64,000 nt of DNA, taken from NCBI RefSeq assembly GCF_009834535.1, contig NC_045696.1:20028001-20092000 (forward strand), written 5' to 3'. A model generated the notes under the pieces. It did not search any database. It had not been told where the DNA came from and saw only the letters and a list, made by a program, of their open reading frames with translations. The DNA comes from Camelus ferus (Eukaryota). A program made the position numbers and the translations under genes. Shown piece after piece: positions 27,757-40,250 of this stretch (position 1 is its first letter; each line of letters begins with the position of its first letter).

Positions 27757-29324
27757 CTGTCTGGAATTTGAATTACACTGTCCTGCAGTGTTGCCTTCAG
27801 TAGTGTTGTTGTGTTTCTTTCCCTGCCTAGCATTTCCATTTCACCTTTTCTCTGTCTCATTTGACATTCTCTATCTATTTTCCACCAGGAAGTTTACTAT
27901 ATTAATCATAGTTGTTACAAATTATCTCTCTGTGAATTCCTACATGAGGTTCATTTCCTAGTCTGGTCAGGTTGATTGCTTTGTCTTTTGGTATTATTTA
28001 TTTTCCCATTATTTCTTTCCTGAGTTTTATATTTTGTAATTGAATCTTTGAACTTTTCATGTTGAACAGTGGAAACTGAGTTTCAGGGTGAAGAAAAGCT
28101 TTAATTTTGTGGTTTATCTGGATTTTAATTTTTGTGTAAGTGGGGGTGATGTTCTTTCCAGCTTTCCATAACCTAGGCAGAGGGTGAACCAGAAAACCAT
28201 TTTGAGCACAGTAGTGACAGGTTCTGATTTATATCTCTGTTAAAAATGAACTCTTGCTGCTTTATGTAAACTGTCAAGTAAAAACTGAAGAAATAAGCCA
28301 GCAGGATACTGACACAGTGCAGACAATGGTTGAGTATATGAAAAGTTGTCAAATTCACGGGTTAATGTTGTTGTATGAGAGTGAAGTAAAGAAAATTCGC
28401 AGGCAAATGTTTTGACTAATTGGATAGATTGTGGTGACATTTACTGAGATACAAGTTAATGGGAAAAGAGCAAATATTTCCCAGGAGCAGGCAGAGAGGA
28501 AGAGTGAATCATCCATTCATTTATTCATCAAATAACTGTTTCAATTTTATTTTATTTGAAGTGTTAGGGGCCACCTAGGTGAATCAGAACTATGGTCCTT
28601 ATCCTTAAAGCATGAATGTTGTAGGACTATAAGCATTAAATCACAATTCAGTGTGACAAATGATAAGACAGATCTAACTTAGTATATCATGAGAACACGC
28701 AGGAGGAACACCGATCTTATTAGAGTCTAAATGTTGTTCCTACAGGGTATAAAGACTCAAACTACAGACATAAAATCAGAAATGTTCATTCACATACTTA
28801 AAATTTTAAGTGTAAAATTAAAATTAAGGATGACATTTCTCTACTTCATTTTCTCAGTACTCTCCCATGGTCAAAGATGTAAATATCTTACTGTTAACAC
28901 ACATCTTTTCCTGACCTGACTTCTTTGTAATTTTATACTTCAAATGTACAAAATTTTATTTCTCTCTCTCTTCCGCACTTTGTCATATGATATAATCTCT
29001 AGTAGAAGTTGCTCCTCCTCCTCCATCCCCAATCCCAGGTACCATCTGGTAAAATATGACTCAGCTGAAAATAATTAACTGAATTTTCATATACTCACAG
29101 TAGCTTTCTTGCAACACTGCAGAAAAGATTGGCTTGCCCTCCTCTCTGCCTTCTTTTATTTTCTTATACTGATTTTGTAACACTTTTTCTTCATATTTTA
29201 GCATTTCCTCATTCTTATAAATGAATTACCTAGATTACTTAGAATTTAAAGGAAGTATTGAATTTTGACATGCTTAATACAATCTACATTGCTCTACAGG
29301 AACCTTACAGTGTCACCAGTATAA

Positions 29325-29403
29325 GTGTGTGTGTGTGTGCATGCGCGTTTGTGTGTGTGTGCACGTGTTTGTGTGTGTGTGTGCATGCGTGCGCACACAT
29401 GTG
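29325..29403 (+). repeat. Interrupted (TG)n microsatellite / alternating purine-pyrimidine tract
   Basis: gtgtgtgtgtgtgtgcatgcgcgtttgtgtgtgtgtgcacgtg... Confidence 0.9.
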
Positions 29404-29974
29404 CATTGCTAGGAAACGGAGTAAAAGTGTTGTTAAGTAGGGAAAATATGTTTGCAAGAGAAGGACAACAAAATAGGGAATATGAAAATAAGACTGAATT
29501 TCTTGAGTTTAAAAAAAAATCTTGATGATTTTTCTATTCCCAGAGTCTACACAGGAGATGATTCTCTAAGAAGGTTACTGTTAACTTTCACATCTCAGTA
29601 CTGCCAAGACAAAATATTCTCTCTCCACCAACTGTCAACTTATAATTTTAAGTTTTTTTATTTTATATTATTTATGCATCATTAGAATAAGAAGTTATAT
29701 GGCGAAGTACAGGACACTTTTATAGCAACAATGCATTTACCTATTAGCATGTGACAGATACTCAGTTCTGCACTGTTAATAAGAGTATCCATGACTTTAT
29801 TTGTTGGTTGAGTTTGGGAAGTGTGTCACCAACTTCTCATGCTACTCAGACCACAGTATTTAAACAGAATTTTTGAAAAGAAAATCTAATGCCATTTTTA
29901 ATGTGTGAAAATTAGGCCACAAATTCCTTAAGCAAGTTTCCACAGGAAATTTAAACCCTTAAATGAAGATATAA

Positions 29975-30075
29975 ATGCATATAATATATATGTAGTATAT
30001 ATAATAAAGATAATCTGTATACTATGTGTGTGTGTGTGTGTATATGTATGTATGTATATATACATATATACATAA
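29975..30075 (+). repeat. Compound (TA)n/(TG)n/(TATG)n microsatellite
   Basis: Direct observation. Confidence 0.75.
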
Positions 30076-30567
30076 TCAAGGATTAATAATTGAACAATGA
30101 AGAGATTTGAAGGTCAACTATAGTTCCTAAAATATTTCCTAAAATACTTTTGGAGATTTAAATAATCATTTAATCAAATTGAATCTAAGAGTGGCAGAAA
30201 GCCTGCCCCGACTTCTTGTGTTGTCGTTCTGGTGGTTACCAAGCTAAAGAGATAGATGTTTATATCAATTACTAGGAAACTGTAGTGTTATATCCTCTTA
30301 AAGAACATTGGCTTACCCCTTGAGTATCGATGCTGTGAGCTGATTTTGGCCTGCATCTTGAAAACTCATTTTAGAAATGAGAATTGAAAAATATAACATT
30401 AGTTACTTTTCAGATTATAATTTTGTATATATGGGAACTTAAACTTGTGGGTCAGCTACACCATATGAACCCCTTTATGAAACAAAAAAGAAATTTCACA
30501 GACCTTTATTGAACAAGTTATTCTATGTTTATTTGTTGTCCTAGTGTTTCTCTTTAAGATTTTCTGT

Positions 30568-31937
30568 GGCTATTGGTCATTTGTATGTCTTTATTGGAAA
30601 ATTGCGTGTTTAGGTTTTCTGCCCATTTTTGCACTGGGTTTTTTGCTTTTTGTTATTAAGTTGTATGAGCTGATTGTATATTCTGGAGATTAAGCCCTTG
30701 TCAGTCGCATCATTTGCAAATATTGTTTCCCATTCTGTGTTACTTCTGGGCTCTCTATTCTGTTCCATGGATCTATATGTCTGTTTCTGTGCCAATACCA
30801 TGTTGTTTTGATTACTGTAGTTCTATAGTATTGTATGAAGTCTGGGAGGGTTATTCCTCCAGCTTTGTTCATTTTCTTTGGTATTCCCTTGGCAATTCTG
30901 GGTCTTTTGTGATTCCGTATAAATTTTAGGATTATTTATTCTAGTTCTGTGAAAAAATGTCCTAGGTAATTTGGTAAGGATTGCATTAAACCTGTAGATT
31001 GCTTTGGGTAGTATGGCCATTTTAATAATATTAGTTCTTTTAATCCAAGTGCAATCAATTTTCCAATGAAGAATAAAAATTGCCAATAAGCACATGAAAA
31101 AAATGTTCTATATCGCTAAGTATCAGAGAAATGCAAGTCAAAACTACAATGAGGTATCACCTCACACCAGTCATAATGCAGCCATTATGGGAAACAGTAT
31201 GGAGATTCTTAAAAACTAAAAATAGACTTAAGTTATGATTCAGCAATCCCAATCCTGAAACTATATCTGGAGGGAATTCTAACTCAAAAAGATACATGCA
31301 TCCCAAAGTTCACAGCAGCACTATTTACAATAGCCAAGACATGGAAATAAGCTAAATGTCCATCAACAGATGACTGGATAAGGAATCTATGGTGTGTATA
31401 TATATATATACACACACCTTCAATTATATATATATATAAAATACTACTCAGCCATAAAAAAGGATATGATAATGTCATTTGCTGCCACATGGATGGACCT
31501 GTAGATAATCATTCTAAGTGAAGTAAGCCAGAAAGAGAAGGAAAAATAACATATAATATCACTTACAAGTGGATTCTAAAAAAAAAAGACACAGATGAAT
31601 TTATTTACAAAACAGAGATTCAGAGACATAAAAAACATATGGTTATGGTGGGAAGGGATAAATTGGGAGTTTGAGATTTGCAGATACTAACTACTATACA
31701 AAAAAATAGCTAAACAAAAGTTTATATTGTATAACAGGGAACTATATTCAATAGCTTGTAATAACCTATAATGAAAAGGAATATAAAAAGGAATATATGT
31801 ATGTATGTGTATGACTGAAGCATTATGCTGTGCACCAGAAACTGACACAACATTGTAAACTGATTATACTCCAGTCAAAAAGGGAAGAAAAAAATAAATG
31901 TTAGTGCAAAATAAATGCTAATATTAGTAAAAAAAAA
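30568..31937 (+). mobile_element. LINE-1 insertion with 5' inversion (minus segment about 30568-31055; plus segment about 31056-31937)
   Basis: Minus segment encodes ORF2 peptides ([34 protein letters not shown]). Plus segment is the L1 3' end with poly(A). Perfect 12-bp TSD aagattttctgt at 30556-30567 and 31938-31949. Confidence 0.95.
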
Positions 31938-32035
31938 AAGATTTTCTGTCAATATTTATTACTTTCTGTGCTATGACACAATGAAGTCTTCAGGGAATTT
32001 CAGTAATTAACTTTAATTACTTGTGGAAAAAAATT

Positions 32036-32128
32036 GTATGTGTGTGTATCTGTGTGTTTGTATGTGTGTGTGTGTATGAGGGAGAGACAGAGACAGAGAC
32101 AGAGAAGAGAGACAGAGAGAATGTGTGT
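32036..32128 (+). repeat. Compound (TG)n/(GAGACA)n microsatellite
   Basis: Direct observation. Confidence 0.8.
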
Positions 32129-33734
32129 GATTCCCTCAGCTGGGCTCATGGGCTCATTTATAATGGACAAATTTTTTTGATTTATTACACATTTTTAAGT
32201 TCAATAAGGCATCCAAATTTTAGAAACTTCTGACTATGCTAAACTCACAATCTTAACGAGTCGTAACTTGATTGCAGAGGATGTAGTGTTGTATGCTCTC
32301 TCCTTTTCTGTGTGTGTTATGGAGAGAGACAGTTTTCCTTGGTTAAAATGAAAAAAAAAATCAAAATAATAATTTTCTGTGTATTTCAGGTAAATATAAT
32401 ACAATTTTCTGTTTTGTGAGAATTATCATTACCTTTGAATTTGGGAATGGATACGGGAAATTTAAAAATTAACATGCATTTATTCTTCCAATAAAATTAC
32501 ATCAGGTGCTCATTATTTAAAAATTATTATTGATTCACTCCCACTCAGCTGTTTGTGTGTTTTCGTTTGTTTATGTGTGTCTTGTGCCTCATTTTTGCTG
32601 CAGCTATAGATTTTTCTTTTCATGATATAGACATACTTTACCAGTATTTTGATCTCCATCTGACAGAAAAGTATGTGTAATAGAAGGATTATGTAGTTAT
32701 CTAAAATCATCATCAACAGCAACAAATCTTCAGGGAAATGTAGTTTGCACAGGGCATTAACCTTGTTCACGGTATCATATTACATGGTGAATTTTGTCAC
32801 TTTGCTGAATTGAACTGCTATTGAAATATCATTTTCCATGATTCTCAATTTTTCAAATTTATGCAGCTGTTGTACTGCATGAGAAAACCTGCATTTAGTA
32901 TGCGAACTGGAATTGCCAAAGGAGGATGTCTGCTCTCCTGCTAACTTTAAATAAGTTATGTCACAAATGCCATGGAAGCGCTCTAAAATATTCGCACCGG
33001 GAGACAATAAAACAAATCAGGATTACTATTAATGTGGGAAAAGACCTTCCAAATGTATATCCAAACTAAATAAAACAAAAACTTTTTAAAAAGCTTTAGT
33101 TTTAAAATCTGAGTTATGAAATATTATCCCTAAAGTTTGTATGATAATTAGGAAGGTGACTCAAACAGCAGAGAAAAGCAGGAAGCTTGGTGTGATTTCC
33201 AGGAACTCCTCCTACACTTTGCTTACTTGTAATTGTGGGAAACTGGCAAATCTTCAGACATGAAACAGCTCCTAAATTAAAAAATGGAATGATATAGATA
33301 ACATATATTATAAACTTGTATTTCAGGCTTCCTTCTTCCTTTTTCAGACAGTGGGCATTCATTGTATCTTGACTACCTAACATCAATTTGCCCTTCTTGA
33401 TAGCATGTCAGTTTTATTTTGAAGAAATACCTCACTCTCATTTGAGTAAGTTCTTGTCACTACATGCATTCTGCTGTCTCACTGCAGAGGTCAAAGGAAT
33501 TTTTGGGGAAAAGAAAAGGCTGTCTTTGTTAGGCTCCTTCTTTTACCATCCTGTGTGTTCTAAGAGTGAGCACGTGACTGAAATGAAATAACAGACAATT
33601 GGTTTCTCCCTCTTTGACAAGGACTGAAAACCCAAAGTCTATGTAAACAGTGGTTTCCTTCTTGCATGATTGATTAGTTCTGCCAACCTCAGTTCCTTCC
33701 CTGGTTTCTGTCCAATTTTCATGTCTCTTATTCT

Positions 33735-34137
33735 GAATAATGCTGTTGTTGGGGTTGTAGTCATCGCCAGGCTCCACTGGGACAGATAAGTCCAATTCCC
33801 AGTTCACTCACGTGGTTGTCGACAGTCCTCAGAACGTGTTTCCAAGCTTGCGCCATAGGTCTCTCCACAAGGCCTTCTTACAACCTGGCAGTTTATCTCC
33901 ATCAGGGGGAATTGATCATCATCCAGGAGGGAGCAAGAGAGACTATCTAGGGTGGAAGCCACAGTCTTTCCATAGCCTAATCTGTGAGATGACATCGCAT
34001 CATTTCTGCCTTATTCTATTTATTATAAATGAATCAATAAATCCAGCCCACACTCAAGGAGAGAAGATTATGCAATGGTGCCACTATGAGCCACCCAAGC
34101 ACACAATGGACACATCTTAGGTTAATGTTTGCTACTT
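33735..34137 (-). mobile_element. MaLR LTR (MLT1E/F-like)
   Basis: ggaagccacagtctttccatagcctaatctgtgagatgacatcgcatcatttctgccttattcta...ccagcccacactcaagg. Confidence 0.75.
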
Positions 34138-36321
34138 CACTCTCCCTATATTCCTAGATTCCAATTCACACCCATCCTCAGTTTCTCACACCATTTTAAT
34201 TGAGAAGCATCTCCATGACCTGAACTTTTCCTTCCTTATTATCTTAATTTTCTGCCTCTAGAATTTATTCTCCTGCTTTAATTCATTGAACACCTTACAC
34301 TGTGCTAATTTTGTTTTGTTTATGTGGTTTTTTTTTAGACAGAAACCTTTTCTTCCCCATCTTCCTAGCTTCACGCTAGATTATCTTCCCAGTTCATGTT
34401 TTTACATACAGCTTAGTGGCACCTTACCTAGAAAACCACCTCTTATTTCCCAAGTCTCAGTAAAGTATTTTCATTGTGAACCCACAATCCTATGTGAATA
34501 TCTCCGTTATTGTACTTTTCACATGTGATTAAAATCATCTGATAAGGGTCTGCCTTCCCCAGAAGACTGTGGATAGTAATTCTAGCTTTTAAATTAATTT
34601 TGGAATCCTCATTTCTTGCACATGTCTCTCTTATATAAGAGTCTCAAAAGATGATAAATTATAAACAATCTTACATCAACACTCTAGATGATTCAATAAA
34701 GATAGTTATATTGAATCATAACTAAAATTAAATAAAATGAGTATCTATGGAGATTAAATCATTGAAAATGTCACTATACTATGTTTAGTGCACACATTGA
34801 ATTGGCAATTTATGAATTCAGAAATCCACTAGGAAATAAAAATAAAGAATTAGAGCAATTACGGATATTTTTGTCATAATTGCAAACTTTTTCCATTATT
34901 ACATAGGCAACGTATTAATGAAGTATTTTTATATGAATTACCATAAGTGTTGAGTGCTAGTGAAGACCTATATATCAGTAGAGGCTCACAGAACAAAATC
35001 AAGTGTTTGCAATTTTTGATGAGTAGAGATTGTTGACATTTAATGTGTGAAGGTATTTTCAAAGCCCTGTTTTTAGGAATGATTCATATCAACACAACAC
35101 AACACAAAGCAGAGACAGAGGAATATGTGCTTTTAAAAGTGCTGTGTGTCATTACGAGGGATTATGAGATCTGTAGAGTATGACTTCAAAGTGACAATGG
35201 CCCTAGATTTGACTATGCCTTTTTTTTTTATTTAAAACATTGGCTTTTCCCTGACTATCTACTTTTGTTATTTTCTACCAAGAAACAATGTTCTTAGTCT
35301 CAACTAAAGTATAAGATCCTCAAAACTCATACTTTGGTGGCAGCATTTCTGTAAGGGCTAGCTAGCTTTTGTCAACGTTCTGAGAATTGATTTTTATGTT
35401 TTGTAGTCTTTGCCTTAGGAAAGGAAACATATCTTCCTCCTAAGTAAAAAAGACTTTCACAGTAAAATCTGAAAATCAAATGTATTAAGTCAGTATGAAA
35501 TTTTATCAATATACATATCCAGATTAACTCATCTTTCTTGAAAAACTAACCTGCAAATTAAAAGTTCTTATCTTTTACCTAACATCTTGCTTTAAATCAT
35601 AAAATAAGAAATGATCCCTGATCATTTCCCTGCCAATAGATTGTTTTTAGCATCCTTTTTGGAAGTAACACTGAAGCCCATAAAATGGGTTTTAGCTTAA
35701 TATTTAAAATATTTATATTTATACAATGTTTATTTAATTAGGAATGAAAACAGATTTTTAAAAGGTCCACAAATGGCAATAGATTTTTCTCATCTGAGAA
35801 CATTAAAAAAGAATCACATTATGCTTAGGCTATATTGAGATTTCAAAATTTGAGTCATTAAGGAGATTCCATTTCATGTTTATACATAATTATCCATTTG
35901 CATTGAATATACATTCTCGGTTTTGAAAATGTAAAATAGTTAATTTATGGAATAAAGCTGGACTTACCAGCCTCTACTTATTGTCATCACTTGAAACATT
36001 GGCTATTTTTTACTGGAGTTTGCAGCATAAAAATGGACAACACTTTTATTCTTAGAATTTCCTATTTTACCTTTGAAACTGATAATGTTATTCAACCATG
36101 CATCCAGATTTTTATACAATTTGGCATATTCTTTCCAGAGCTATAAAAATCTGCTCTTTGCATAATGAAACTTCCTTTAATATCCATTTAAAAGCCCACA
36201 GAGATCATATTCCTTAGATAGGTGAGTAACTCAGGGTAATTTATAGCTTCAAGAACACCCAGTACATTTACATTTGTGTGTGTGTAACTGATTTCCAGTT
36301 TAATAGCTTGCTGTTGCTGGT

Positions 36322-36455
36322 GGGGAGGGTATATAGCTCAGTGAGGCATTGTGCACTTAGCATACAGGAGGTCTTGGGTTCAATCGCCAGTACCTCCATT
36401 TAAATAAGCAAGCAAACAAACAAACAAACCTAATTATCTCCCCCAACAAACAAAC
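36322..36455 (+). mobile_element. Camelid tRNA-derived SINE (Vic-1 type)
   Basis: A box tagctcagtg, B box ggttcaatc, tail aaacctaattatctccccc. 15-bp TSD aatagcttgctgttg (36302-36316) / aatagtttgctgttg (36456-36470). Confidence 0.9.
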
Positions 36456-36822
36456 AATAGTTTGCTGTTGTTAAGCCATCTTTAATATCTTCTTGAGTAG
36501 ACATTTGTTTCAGTGGTCTAGTTTTCAAGAATTTCCCACAGAGCTTTAAACTAAACTGTGCTCAATACCTTTATTTAAATTCTGGTGCTAACATTTAAAG
36601 TATATAAAAATCATGTTAAAAATGTTTTCCACTTAAAGTAACATTTTGTAAAAAATAGAAAAAATGTTTTTACCTAAATTTTACCCTTTATGCTTATGAA
36701 GCTCATTGAATCTTCTGGATAAAGACAAAGGATACAATTTATGGTAGAATCTGTTTAAAGAAAAATATTTTGACATGTATTGTGAAAATTTCTGTTATCA
36801 AAGTATGTTTTAATAAAGCAAA

Positions 36823-37413
36823 TTTATTTATTTTCTTTTGTATTAAAGTATAGTCAATTTACAATGTTGTGTCAATTTCCGGTGTTCGGCATAATGTTTC
36901 AGTCATACATCTACATACATGTATTACTTTTCATATTCTTTTTCACTATAGGTTATTACAAGCTATTGAATATAGTTCCCTGTGCCATACAGTATAAACT
37001 CGTTTATCTATTTTATATATAGTAGTTAGTATGTGTAAATCTTTAACTCCCAATTTATCCCTTCCCACTCCCTTTCCCCTGTAACCATGTTTGTTTTCTA
37101 TGTCTGTGAGTCTCTCTCTGTTTTGTAAATAAGTACATTTGTGTCTTTTTTTTTTTTAAGATTCCACATATGAGTAATATATGTTATTTTTCTTTCTCTT
37201 TCTGGCTTACTTCATTTAGAATGATTATCTCTAGGTCCATCCATGTTTCAGCAAATGGCATTATTTTATTCTTTTTTAAGGCTGAGTAGTATTACTTTGT
37301 ATAAATATACAAAAACTTCATTATCCAGTCATCTGTTGATGGACATTTCAGTTGTTTTCATATCCTGGCTATTGTAAATAGTGCTGCTGTGAACATTGGG
37401 GTACATGTATCTT
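36823..37413 (-). mobile_element. 5'-truncated LINE-1 3' end
   Basis: T-rich tail, then aagtatagtcaatttacaatgttgtg...ctattgtaaatagtgctgctgtgaacattgggg. Antisense homolog of the L1 3' ends at 3230-3800 and 31290-31870. Confidence 0.92.
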
Positions 37414-39508
37414 AAGACAGATTTTCTTTAAAACTTTAAATATGCATGGAAGACACTTCCTTATCTATTTCCCACTAACCTCTCTTCCCCTTCTTCCTTC
37501 TTTTTTGTCCTTGCATTCTAAAATTCTGAGCATTTAGTCTTGTTCAACATGCAATTTCCTTTTATGTCTCTGTATATTTTACTTTAGTGATTCCTGTGAC
37601 TTGAATGCTCTATTTCCAGCTGGCCTTTCCCCTCTGATAATTCAGTGTTTAACACCTATGAGATGCAATCTGGTACCTTTTCCAGTTGCCTTAGATTTGG
37701 AAATGAAAATTCATGGATACAGAAAGTGACATTAAATACTCCATCTTCCAGGGAAAAGTCCATCAAATCATTATAAAAATTAGCCATAAATACTTCTGAG
37801 AAGTTATTAAAAAATGATCACACTAGATCTGGTACCCTCAAACCATCACCCCAGCTTCCCACTCATCTTTCTTTGTCTACATAGACAGTAGGAAAAAATA
37901 AACTGAGAGTCTAAACAGTTCTGAGATAGTTTCTTTCCCATGCCCAAGCCAAATCTTGAGATAATCACCCACTGATACCGAGGTGTCTACAAACAGGGAA
38001 AATAAAATCCTGATCCTTGGCGAGAAGTTTGATAAACTGGGTAATTAGCAGTTTAACCAAGCTGGGGAGACTACAGAGAGGGTGTCCATAGAAGAGCTTG
38101 ATACACATCACTTGTCTGTGGGGCATGCATGACATGGAGCCTGGTGCCTGCTTCTTTGCTGGTGATATTACTTAAGCATGAAATGTTGGTGTAAGCAGCC
38201 CAAGTCATCAGAATGAGGAGGGATTGTCATCAAACTGAGCTGTTGTTAACCGTCTTTAAGAGGAAGAAGTAGAGGATCTTGGGAAGTCTTTCTGAATTTT
38301 CTTATTTAAGAAAATATTCAAGAATATTTTCCTAGTGGATGTATTGTTCACAAATATTTTCTTATAGAAAATATGCAAGCATGTTTCAAAATATTTTATG
38401 AATGTATTCTTCACATATATATTTTCCTAAATTATTAAAAAGGATATTTTCAGATAATATATTTCTATTTCTTTTGTCAGCAAATATAGTCAAAATACAG
38501 TCCTATATTCCAATAATTCAGTTATTAAATACATTTGTTGAACTTGTACTGAAAAATAAATTTTTTGAGTTTTGTACGTACAATAGATACATGATTTGTA
38601 CATACTCGTTGTCTCTGGATGCAGAAGCAAAACACAAGAAAAGAGACTAATTAACAATACTTAAAATGCTATTATTAAAAAAGAGAGAAAACTAGATGTT
38701 AGAAACTAAGAGAGGAGAGGTTTTTCTAGAATTACATCCTGTCCTCATCTTGCATTCAAGGTGTCTGGAGTTAGTTACAAGCCTGGTGAAGAGCCGACCA
38801 CGTTTTCTTATCCGCTCCAAATCCCAAGTACAAGCGCGCATAGCTCTGCGGGGAGGGCAGGAGGTGGACTCTGAGTCAAGGGTTTGGATGGGTATTTTCG
38901 TCCGGGTTTTAACCACCACCTTGGGAAGAGGAGCAGGGGGCTCAGTCTCATCTCTAAAAAGAGCCTGGAGCTTCAGAAGTGATAAAACTCAATACTCATT
39001 TATTTCCTAATTTTGTGGCTTAGTCACAGGATTTATTTTTTTAGAGTTTTAGTCATGTAGGAAAATTGGATCATTGATTCCATCCTAGCTAAACACACTT
39101 GACACATGGTTGGTGCTCAAATTCTCTTATTTTTAAACCTCTTCAAATGATACCATCTTCCCTGACATACTTCCTTTCTGGCACTGAGTTTTTTGTCTTT
39201 ATGAATCCCCGTCTCTCTTTGCTCATTATCACAATTAGCATCATTATCATGTTATACTCTGATTAATAATTAATAGTCACCACATTGTTCCTATTACCCT
39301 GTCAGCTCTTAGATCGCAGTTACAGTACCTTCGTTATCTTGGTATCCCCACTTCCCAGCACAGTTTCTTGCACATATTAATTCATTTCAAGTCTCCCAAC
39401 AATATTGCCTGCTTGCTGTGTTCTAGGCACTTGGTGATACAGAATTTGAAAGGGGAAGTGTCTCTTACAAAGTAGAGTGAATAAGACAGGCAAATCTATA
39501 CAAAACTT

Positions 39509-39891
39509 TTTTTCTTTATTTTTCAGGTTTTATAGGTAAAATTCATATATTTTGACTGCACATATACAATGTATTGCATGTAAATACATATATACAATAT
39601 ACTGCACATACTTTTTTAAAAAAATTACATAACAGTAATGTTCATTGTTTCTAAGAAGAGTTTAGCGCTTTAGCTTTTTAAACTTACGTATCAAAGGAAT
39701 AAAGCCAACCACAAAAAAAGAATCAACAGAATGCAGTAATCCAATCAGAAAGGACAATCAAATGTGCTTACACATATTCAAGAGATTAATCATCTAAGTT
39801 ATAAATAATATGTAATTCGTTTGTGTCCTTTTTTTTAGATTCCACATATAAACGAGGTCATATGGCACTTTTCTTTCTTTTTCTGGCTTGG
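39509..39891 (-). other. Putative retroposed chimera: L1 3'UTR fragment (about 39818-39891) joined to an unidentified 3'UTR-like sequence with AATAAA and A-tail
   Basis: 39818-39890 aligns by eye with the in-window L1 at 37138-37208. tttatt and T-run at 39507-39523. 7-bp direct repeat aaaactt at 39502-39508 and 39892-39898. Confidence 0.45.
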
Positions 39892-40077
39892 AAAACTTCG
39901 ATAGAACAGACAGGATTATGGTTGTTCAGAAGAAAGGTTTGCTCAGACCAGCCATGGTAACCCAGTTTCAGCATGCAACATGCACATAACTGATATTTCT
40001 TGTAAAACTATTGTACATCTGAATCTTGAATATAAGTAGAGATGAGACAGTTGAAAAAGTAAGAGGAGATTTTAGGT

Positions 40078-40250
40078 CAGGGATTGGCTGATGTTTTCTG
40101 TAAAGGAAAGGGCCAGATAGTAAATAGCTCAGGATATGAAGGTCATAGAGATTTTATTTCAGCTACTCAACTCTGCCATCATAGTGTGAAGGCACAGACA
40201 ATATGTAAGGAACGGGTCTGGCTACGTTCCAATAAAACTACAAACACAGG
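40078..40250 (-). mobile_element. MER58A-like hAT-Charlie MITE
   Basis: cagggattggc...ttttctgtaaagg...ccagatagtaaata...ctactcaactctgccat...gttccaataaaact; antisense homolog of 2076-2283. Confidence 0.75.

Larger units (their letters stand above)
24905..28080 (-). mobile_element. Old (L1M-type) LINE-1 body, degenerate, interrupted by MER20
   Basis: T-rich antisense L1 ORF2 motifs throughout (gatatctcactgtcattttagtttgc; tctatttttctggaagagtt; ttgatcttttcaaataaccagcttttgg). No long ORF. Confidence 0.8.

Noticed and set aside
30610..31095. L1 ORF2 peptides as coding sequence
   Set aside because: Short frameshifted fragments of a truncated, inverted L1.
36322..36397. tRNA gene
   Set aside because: A and B boxes are present, but it has a SINE tail, TSDs and a broken cloverleaf.
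38696..39010. 104-aa ORF as a CDS
   Set aside because: No recognisable homology or splice context; compatible with chance in a GC-richer patch.
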